A stretch of 55,959 nucleotides of DNA, counting the filler, from Platydemus manokwari (Eukaryota), in assembly GCA_037951405.1 (NCBI GenBank). It is 5 parts of 5 records of this genome, joined end to end, with 100 filler letters (N's around TTAATTAATTAA, not from the genome) between each part and the next. Parts side by side here need not be neighbours in the genome. Positions count along the whole stretch, not along the records: positions 1 to 12,884 come from JBBMOY011925828.1; 4 more parts are not named here. The stretch is one strand, 5' to 3'. Positions 1 through 9,000 of this stretch are shown in pieces. The first letter of the stretch is position 1. Each line of letters starts with the position of its first letter. The position numbers and the translations under genes were made by a program. Under the pieces are notes generated by a model. It was not told the DNA's origin. It saw only the letters and a program-made list of their open reading frames with translations, and searched no databases.

Positions 1-563
1 GGTGCAAATCTAGATGTGTCCATTGACGAAATGGCAGCTCGAGCAGAGGTGAGCATTTGAGTCAGGTCCGCTGCGTTAGTTTCATTCAGTTTAATTGCAT
101 CAATTAAAATTGGGTTCATCGAGGGTCCTGAGTTTTTTACGGTCTGTGTGGCAAGTTTTCTAAATAAAATGGTATCCGAGATTACTTTATTGATGTCGTT
201 GCGCAGTTGTGGGAGAACTGGTGTGTGGTAAATTGCTGAATTGTTGATATGGTCGAGGATATGCTGAATAATGAAGAGGCCACAGTCGTGTGAGTTGAGT
301 TGAAGTGGCAGGTCTGGTAAGAAAGATTGGTTGAGGATAAGTCCATCTTTTAGAGCGCATAAGTTCTGGAAAAGGTTATCCAGTTTGTTCCAAAGGCATC
401 TTTGTTCTGCTGATAGAGATTTAGTTGCTGGGTCAATGTAGTATGATGACATTTTGAGGCGGTCTGCGATGTAGAGATTCCAGTGATTGTTGTTCCAGTG
501 GATTAGCCAGTAAGCATTTAGCCAAGTTGCAAGTTTCCTGAAGGGGAATGAAGGATGGACGCG
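1..563 (-). CDS. Ulp1/SENP-family (peptidase C48) cysteine protease domain; partial ORF running off the window edge, probably part of the mobile element
   Basis: Not in the ORF track. Manual minus-strand translation is open from at least ~563 to 1: RVHPSFPFRKLATWLNAYWLIHWNNNHWNLYIADRLKMSSYYIDP...LPLQLNSHDCGLFIIQHI...FA. It has catalytic His (HW, 483-485), Asp (YIDP, 432-434), oxyanion Gln and Cys in QxNxxDCG (Cys 282-284), matching the C48 pattern. Confidence 0.85.
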
Positions 564-1959
564 GATGCAACAGTTAGAACATGAATACTTGGAGGAAGTG
601 AACCGACAAGCTCACATAAAGCATCTACGTGAACGCTGTTTAGTCTACCAAGAGGCTTTCCAAAAAGGGAAACCATACCAATCTTCACTGGATCATTCAT
701 ACGCTCAGGCTAGTGGCACCAGCTCAAGCAGCTCCACTAATTATCCGAAACTGATTTATAAGTTAGAAGAAGCACGGACTCTTCTGACAGCTAAAATGAA
801 TAATTATATGCAACTCACTCCGTCGAGAGAGCAAACAGACACCTCCAATGGGTTACAAACCCCTTGTCTATCACCGATAGTCATGCGCGTAGAGAAAGCA
901 TACACATGCAACGAATACGAAGAAGAAGGTGACACTACCAAGGTAGTAGACACGTGGGAAATCGAAGAAATTCCCAAGGAAAAGACAAATGAAGCTTAAC
1001 AAAGTCTTACTCAAGTAATCACTCCCGAAAATGTGTTCGCGACAATCGAATTAACAACTGGGGAACAAGCAACGTTGACTCAGTTCTCTCGTAACTTAGT
1101 AAGGGAAGCTCAAAGGAACCCCCTAGACTAACAAATGATCAAGAGTATCTTAAATAATCACATTTACACTGCTATACCTACAGATGTATTGGCTGCCGCT
1201 GCACCAATACTGGTTGAACTCTTGGACAAAGGAGCCATTTACCGAAAAGAAGTACAGTTACTCCTACAACGAAATGGGCTAGCCATTCGGAGTCAACCGC
1301 AAGGAGCACCGATGCTCACGCTGCACATTAGAACCAGTCATCACGGGAACTGGCTCAAGATATACTCTTGCTTCTCACACGTTTGCAAATTAAGACAGGA
1401 TATCCGGCAGGAGAAATCAATCACGGAACCATTCATCATCACAAATCAATCAAATCCGGTAGATGATGACGAATATTTAGTTGACGTAGGCTGCTTACCA
1501 GACTTCGTCACAGTAGTAAAGGTACTAATAACGCCAGTAGAATCTAAACAATGGAGGAGAATACCCACATAGTCCAAGGCAGAAATCGAGCCAGCAACGG
1601 GAAGAGTAGAAACACAGTTATCAGTAGTTTTGGATGAGGACATCCAAGAAACCTCTCAATTCATGGAATACCAGGCAGGGTATGACCCACAACCATCTCC
1701 ACCGCCACCAGAGCCCGTTGTAGATGAGATCATAGAAATTGTGGACCTCGATTCACCAGCTATTGCAAGCAATCAGAACCATGAGGAATTCATACGGGAG
1801 ATAGAAAACCCTCCTCCAGAACCAGAGCCACCGATTGTGCCAACACAGGACATTAGTGAACCACCGCGGAAACGAAGAAACAGAGACACACAAGCCCACA
1901 CCAACAGTCAAGTACAAGCACAGTTGCTACGAGGACTGGCGGACGACACAACTATAAAT

Positions 1960-2445
1960 TCCAAGCAAGACATTCAACAATGTCTCTTGCGAATAGCAAA
2001 AGGGATTGATCCCTACAATCAACGCATAACAGAAGTAACCACCGAGGGTTACGAAAAACTACTCAGCAACATAAGCAGATACATGCCTAGGATTTGACAG
2101 ATCACACATGATCATCCCACCGTTGATTCAGAAAACGTGCTATGGGAAATTATTAAAGGTGGAATAACTGCATCAAGAGCCAAAATCATACTGATCAATT
2201 TGGCAAATAAAATCATGATGGCGTCATACGGGGACACATCACACTACCAAGAAACATTGCAACAGACGATCAAATTAGCACATCGAACCATAGGAAAATG
2301 GATTCAAACGCAAGGAGGATGGACCCAGTTTGGATACAGCGAGTCACTCACCACAGAAGGACTAGGTAACCTCAACAATAATGGGTTAATAAACACATTG
2401 GTAAAAGTTATTCTTATATGCAGCTTGATAGGAAAAACATCTATG
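1960..2445 (+). pseudogene. Bcl-2-like domain within the element polyprotein (one internal stop at 2095-2097)
   Basis: BH3-like IQQCLLRIAKGID (~1972-2010), BH1-like EIIKGGITASRAKIIL (~2146-2193; NWGR replaced by TASR) and a strong BH2 IGKWIQTQGGWTQF (W at 2299). These are followed by hydrophobic LINTLVKVILICSLIG. Confidence 0.75.
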
Positions 2446-4203
2446 CTCACCGCATATGATTGTTCGAATCCCAAGCTGTCCACAATGTATTCGTTAGTTG
2501 ATCTGTTCGAATGTCCAGCAGTCAATGTCAACAGCGTCAGACAAGGGCCACGGGATTCCTATTACTTGTATCAGGAATTAGAGTTCTATCGAACTACAAT
2601 CAAGGAATGTAGGGTCACGAAGGCTACATTCGAATACTATTGAGGAGTCTTTAGCCGCTCATCTGTACTAGATGCCAAACTCATTGCTCGCAGCATCACA
2701 ATCGCACCTAAAGCTTGCCAAGATGCTTTCGTACAAAGAAAACTCAGAGTCGACAGCGAAGACACTCTCACAGCAGAAGTAGGCGAGAGACTTGTTGAAA
2801 CAATCACACGCGGAGGCAAAATCGGAACAGACTGGACATGTATTGGACGAAGCAATGGAGATATTGTCTCTCATGTGGTAGAAATCGAAGACTACACCGT
2901 CGAATTAGTACAATATGAAGGGACATTCGACATGAAAACCGAAAACATGACTCAGTAGCCACATTGTGTATCCAAGTTTAATAGCTGCAATGTAGACACA
3001 GCCACATTAGTATACGAAGCCCGAAGAGCTTACTGTGACGTGGCACTACTCAAACAAGCATCGTTCATCGCAATCAACGGAAGCGCATGGGACCATCATA
3101 TTCCAGGCTGACACAAGGCCGACTAGATGGACGAATCGAAGAAGAGACATTGATCAAAAAGAGTGCTTCAATGGTACTAATATCCGACCAACAAACCGAC
3201 GCTATACGACGGATACGCGGACAGTCACTGGACAAATGTGGGACGCTAATGTACGAAACAAACTATCAAGGGATCTATGTGAGCCACCAGAGTGCTCGAG
3301 ATGCCAAAATTCTGAATGTCAAGGACGTCAAACTCACTACATACACCAACAATAAGGCCGATTACATATACCACGATCTGCTGCTACAATTAGCTACAAT
3401 TAGCAGAAACCCAGCATCATCAATGTAAAAGGGATCAAGAGATCGCACGAAACCGCATGGGCATAGTTATCACAAATCAGGACCTCGAAACACCCATTCT
3501 GATGGAAAATGGGGTGTACAGTCGAATCAGTGGTGAAGCATGGCACACTTACGAGTGTGAGCCAATTCAAGTCGCCATCGCAGACACTAAGAACTGCACA
3601 AGGGAGTTAGCAGTAATCTACAAGGAACAAACCAGGTACATTCAACCCATCACTCACATATTGCTTCCACCACAAAAGACAGAATGTAATCCACTGATTT
3701 CACCATTGTACAAGATTAATGAACAATGGGTGACTATACCGGATCGAAGACCACCTCGAAGTCCAGTACAACTGCTTAGGTTGGGAAACTCATTGACTAC
3801 TCGCGAATTCCAGTCCATATTTTCCACTGGAAAAAGGGGAGTCTACACCTCTAAGGACATTGCCGAAGCACGCAGAGCATTAGGATTTTACGAGCTCCGA
3901 GTCAGGGGAATAACAGAAATCATCAGGACAGTTTATCAGGATAGTGCAACCAGTCCGAACTATGATCACTTGTTCACAGTGGAACATCTCAAGAAAGCTG
4001 CTCACCATGTCACCTATCAAATATGGGGAGCCTTCGCAGCTTTTGGAACATTCATTACAAGATGCGTCGGCATTTATGTCATCTCCATAGGACTAAAAGT
4101 CATCATACAACGATTAGTATTCATGTATGACTTGTACAAACTGTTTGGCTGCTAATCAAAAATCATTTGCGGTATGTGCCCGATAATTGCCAACCGCCTC
4201 TTT
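2446..4203 (+). pseudogene. Chuvirus/Monjiviricetes-like fusion glycoprotein (env-like), disrupted by 3 stops and 2 frameshifts
   Basis: Ordered motifs typical of chuvirus-type glycoproteins: LTAYDC..SLVDLFEC; CRVTKATFEYY*GVFS (stop where the Cys of the CG motif is expected); CGTLMYETNYQGIYV; LTTYTNNKADYIY; QC...GVYSRISGEAWHTYECEPIQV; CTRELAV; PITHIL; CNPLISPLY; GVYT. The C-terminal hydrophobic block is IWGAFAAFGTFITRCVGIYVISIGLKVII...LFGC*SKIICGMC. Confidence 0.75.
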
Positions 4204-4679
4204 CATAAACATCATCACGGAAGAATGTACAAAATAGAAGAGATGATGAGAGAAATGAGACACGAAGTTCACTCTGCTCGACACGCCTCTTTTCGATCTG
4301 CCGTTTACGAGGAACAAGAAAAATACTACCCCTCCGACGAGGACAATGACAACGATAACGGCTATAGACCAAGTGGAACTGAGTCAATCATGATCGAGAA
4401 ACAGCCAACTCAACCCACGCTGCGGATGCAACAAACGATGAGAAACTACGAACAGGAACCATGCCTATCAACAGGCCAGAAACTATAACCGATATACCAG
4501 GAGAACAGTCACAGATACAGCCTCCTTCATACAGACAGTATTATACTCAGGTACAGTACCCAACTCAGGAATTACAAGTTATGGCCCAAACTGAACAAAT
4601 TACTGCGGAAGTAATGGTCAGAATGAACAGACAGAATCAACTGGGTTACAATGAATACTGCAACATAACCAACGAGTCA

Positions 4680-5180
4680 ACATGCACCGTCAAACTGACC
4701 CCGATCAGGATTAATAGACATCATGTCTTTGCATTAATTGATACGGGTGCTGATACTACAGTTATCTACCCTTGCATATTAAACGTACCAGAACTCATGA
4801 GTATCGGAAATACTAACGGAGTATCTATCATCGGAATCGATGGAAATGAACTACCACTCTTGGGATTACTCAGTTGCAAGATCCACCTCTGTGATCAGAC
4901 CATACCTATCGTAACAAGGGTTTCAAAGCTAAGCCCGTACGATTGCGTAATTGGAAAAGACACAATCCGACAGCTAAAGGACATCATGTACGAATGCGCT
5001 ACCGGTTCATTCATCAAAATGGTCAGAGACAGAAAAGCTCATCGAAACAATGTATATGCGGAACAGGAAATCATCATACCCCCTCGCTCAGAAACAATGT
5101 GTTATGTACAAACGAACCGGGCAGACGACGAAGAAGTTCTATTCGAACCCAGCAGTGCAATGATAGACCGCACGAATATA
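4680..5180 (+). pseudogene. Retropepsin (retroviral-type aspartic protease) plus post-protease linker, truncated before RT
   Basis: FALIDTGADTTVI (Asp codon 4740-4742), flap IIGIDG and CVIGKD. It is followed by VYAEQEIIIPPRSETMCYV, the kind of linker seen between PR and RT in metazoan Gypsy elements. Confidence 0.85.
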
Positions 5181-5700
5181 TGAATTTTTTATTTAAGTAC
5201 TTAAAAAGAATTCTAGTGGTTTGAAATTAAATATTAAATACACTTGAACTTCAAAGTCTCCTAAAATTTAACTATTTGAAAAACGGATCAAACTAGGTTG
5301 AATTGCAATTCTTTTGAAAATTTTCGAGGATCTCTTTCTCAACATTAGAAGAAAATTGAAAGATACTCTAAATTTTTACAATTATTTTATAAAAATAAGC
5401 AATGATATTATTAAATATGTTTGTAGTTAAGTAACTCAATTTATTGTTATAAAAAATTAAATTTAAAAACTTAAATAATCATATTGAGTGTTGTGCGTAG
5501 AATAGAAACGTGGTTTAAAAATTGTTTTATTCCTATTGGACATTCTAAAAAGTGAGATATTAACTGATAAATACTAATAAATTAAACGTCATAGTTATAT
5601 ATAAAATTAAGTTACAAAATTATCTAATGCGCGGAAATTTATTATTACAGAAGTAGGTCATTTCTTAACTTAAGCCAAAAATATTCTATATTGAACTAAA
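5179..5700 (+). repeat. Dispersed AT-rich repeat family A (copy 1; begins mid-element)
   Basis: TGAATTTTTTATTTAAGTACTTAA...TTTGAAATTAAATATTAAATACAC and the later ATGCGCGGAAATTT block recur at ~53560-54055 (+). Parts recur at ~36620-36870 (+) and ~46308-46640 (-). Confidence 0.75.
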
Positions 5701-6010
5701 AAAATAAAACTGATTGCAGTTGTTTAGTTGTTAAGTTGATTAATTATAGAACGTCAATATTAGAGTTTTGTTAGATTTATTGTAAGATTTCCATCAAATG
5801 ACGTAAATTCATTTTGATGTAAACCAAGCTATCAAAAATGGGACATTTTAAATTAATTTTGAATATATGTAGTTAATGATATTTGTGAAAAGATTATATT
5901 TTATTGCCAAATATGCTCTAGATGACATAAAAATAAAATTCAATTAGTTATAAATTAATCACTTTGTCAATTGTTTAAACATATTTTAGGATAATTTTTT
6001 AAAAATCCCC

Positions 6011-9000
6011 ATGGATATATCAAAGAGAAATTACTCAAACTTAGAGGATAAATTTTCCATGTAAACAAATATTAATTTTCATTAAAATTTAAGGAATAAA
6101 ATTTTTAGAAAGATCCCAGAAAAGCAAAATAGTAATCTCACAACTGCAACAATGCTTTTAGAAAAGCGTCGTGAGATGATTGAAATTGAAAATGCATTCA
6201 ATTCTCAAAAAGATGTAAGATGAAATTAGATATTAGCAAATTGTTATAAATGATTTAATTCATTTACATTGTTGGGAAATTTATTTTATTAATTTTAAGT
6301 TTTTTCTATCTGAAACTTGCCCATAAACAAATTACATAATATTTTCTAAGTGAATTTCAATATTGTTTAATTTGTATTAAATTAATTAATATAATTTGTA
6401 TTTCAAGTTATGTGGCTTTTCAAAACCATTCTTATTTCAATTTCATAGCGATTTTTTCGATGATATTTTGACAAAGTATTTGTCATTTTGAAATATTTGT
6501 TAAAATTGAATATATAACTATCAGAGAAATATACTATTTATAATAATAAGTCGCTAATTAACAACATTTATTTAATCAATTTGAATTATCTATTCAAAAT
6601 TTTGTAGAGTTTTTACAAAATAATAAACAGAAAAATGAAATTTCAACAAATTATATGAAATGAATTTTTATTTTTATCTATGTTATTGGAATATTTTTAT
6701 TCATAAATGAAATTCTCGAATCGAAATTGTAGGAATTTAAAATGAAAATGGAAAGTTTTCGACAAAGAAAACACGAATTGGACAGAAAAGAATTGGAATT
6801 ATCATCATCCTTATTGAAATTTAATAAATTTCTCAAAGAAAACGAATCGAAACGAAACAGAGCTCTCCATAAAACGTCAATCGAACTGGAAAATCAAAAG
6901 AACAAAGACAAGGAAATAATGGAGTTGGTTTGGTATTTGGTGTTTTAATATATCTTTAATATTCACTCCACAACAAAAAACAACAGTTTCAAACAAACAT
7001 TGGTTCTTTATCGAAATAAACAAGAAAAATTGAAATCGAAATTGGAACGATATCGATTGTATTTGACATTTTTCGAGAGTGTTATAGAGATAACAGAGGA
7101 ATTCACAGAAATCAAAGAAATCGTTGATCGTTATTCGACGCTTGCTAGTGCTCATGATGTAAGTTCAATGAAGGTGATTGGATCAATGTTTTGATGTCGA
7201 TGATTTCAGGATTTATTGGAGCGAAATAAAAATAATCAAATAGCTGTCAATGAGGAGAAACAAAATATGATGCAATTAAAAGAAGTTTTAATTTTTGCAT
7301 TTGTTTTAATTGATTGATTTTTATAATTTAATTTTAAATTTAAAATTTCATTCCGTGATAGAAGGGGGAGATAATATCATTTTAAAATCATTTTTCTATA
7401 CCAGTTCAAGACATGAATGATGTTAATATATAATGCCAAAAAATTTGACTTACAACTCATCGATCAATCTTTTGAGTTGTTTTAATTTTATCAAGAACCT
7501 CATAACATTCAATATTGATATTTTGTTGATCTAGTTTGATTTGATTAGATTTGATATTATTTTCAAAATTATTATTGCTAGACGCTTTTATTTTATAAAA
7601 CGCGCATTGAAAATGAATTGAAAAATCACGACACCAGATTATATTTTCATTACAATGATTTAAACAAATTAATATTTTATATTTTTTCAAATTTCAATTC
7701 ATTATAAATCCTCACATCTTCCATTTCTTTAAAATCTTTGATTTTCTCTGAATTCTTAATTATATCTGTGTCGAATTTTCTAGATAAATTTATCTATGTA
7801 AACATTTTTTTCGCATCTACTTTCTATTTTCTTTATATCACTTCTACATATTCTCTTTATCTTTTATACAACTATGCTGTATCCTTCTTACATCTTTTCT
7901 ATAGGTTCCTCCTCCTCTCCTATACTTCCATGCCACAGATAATCTCAGAATCGAATTCAAATGCGTGGTCGCCATGTAAGCCCCTACTATTTAATAAAGA
8001 ATGCATTGAAACCTAAGTGAAAAGTCAAGCCACAAAAATATATTTTTATTTCAATTATTAAAACAAATAAATATTTCATAAAAATCTGATTTTAAATTTT
8101 TTCAAATTTCAATTTATTATAAATCCTCACAATTATCATTAATATTGCAGCTATGTAGGAGCGTGTTTGGAATTATATTCTGGATTTTATTAATTTGTCT
8201 TTCCTATAATTTTGATTATTAATATTAAAATTACAATTTCAAGTTAGTCTTCATAACTATCTATTTAAACAAACGATTTAATACACAACGCTCATTCGTT
8301 GAATGGATGGCTCCATTTGACGAACCGATATTAATCCCTGAATTGAAAATCTTTCTTCAATACGTTCTGATCGTCCTTCCATTAATAAGAACCATGAGTA
8401 GAATGGACTACAAGACGATCTCTCCTTGGACAGTTTGTTGAAATTGTCAATGGTTTGATTTGAAAAATATTGAGTAAATGAAATCTGTCAATTGATCATG
8501 AGTCCATCATGAGGATGATTATATCAAAGATAAGTGAGATTTCGAATTGGTGAAGATAAAATATTTTATAATTAAATTTTATAAAACATTTTTCAAAGAT
8601 TAAAAAAAACTTGGAATAAAATTTGTTATCTCATAAAAAAACTGAACAATAAATTATATTTAATTAATTGGATAAAACTAAAATTAGATCAACATCTCTA
8701 TTCCAGCTGAGGTCGCGAAATAATAAACAAATAATCAATCATTAAATAAAATCAAAATATTCTCGCTCAATTTTGTTTGTACTTCAATGTTTTCATTTTT
8801 CTTTTGACTGTAGAATAGCAATGGGCAGATTATTCGATGTAATAATCGGCAAGGAATTTTACAATTAGAATATGACCGTCTTCAATCGATAAGTTTGGAA
8901 AAATCAGCAGAATGGAATTCCTTAATCAGTGAAGTGGCCCAAAAAACTTTGGAATATGGGAAAATAAAAATGTTAGATAATTTGATTTTTATGTCCAATA

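Larger units (their letters stand above)
565..5180 (+). mobile_element. Decayed fragment of a giant LTR-retrotransposon-like (probably Gypsy/Metaviridae) polyprotein with Bcl-2-like, viral glycoprotein and aspartic protease domains
   Basis: ORFs 565, 1135, 1630, 2137, 3457 and 4174 share one frame. They are separated by isolated stops (997, 1129, 1570, 2095, 2641, ~2955, 4153) and a few frameshifts. The region is intronless and more GC-rich than the host flank, with an A/C-rich coding strand. It ends with a retropepsin and a Gypsy-type post-protease linker, then breaks abruptly into an AT-rich repeat at ~5180. Confidence 0.8.

Noticed and set aside
518-5224. Short alternative-frame and antisense ORFs (518-700, 1446-1643, 2304-2531, 2637-2874, 3035-3355, 4163-4387, 4943-5224)
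   Set aside because: Shadows of the main polyprotein frame, with no motifs.
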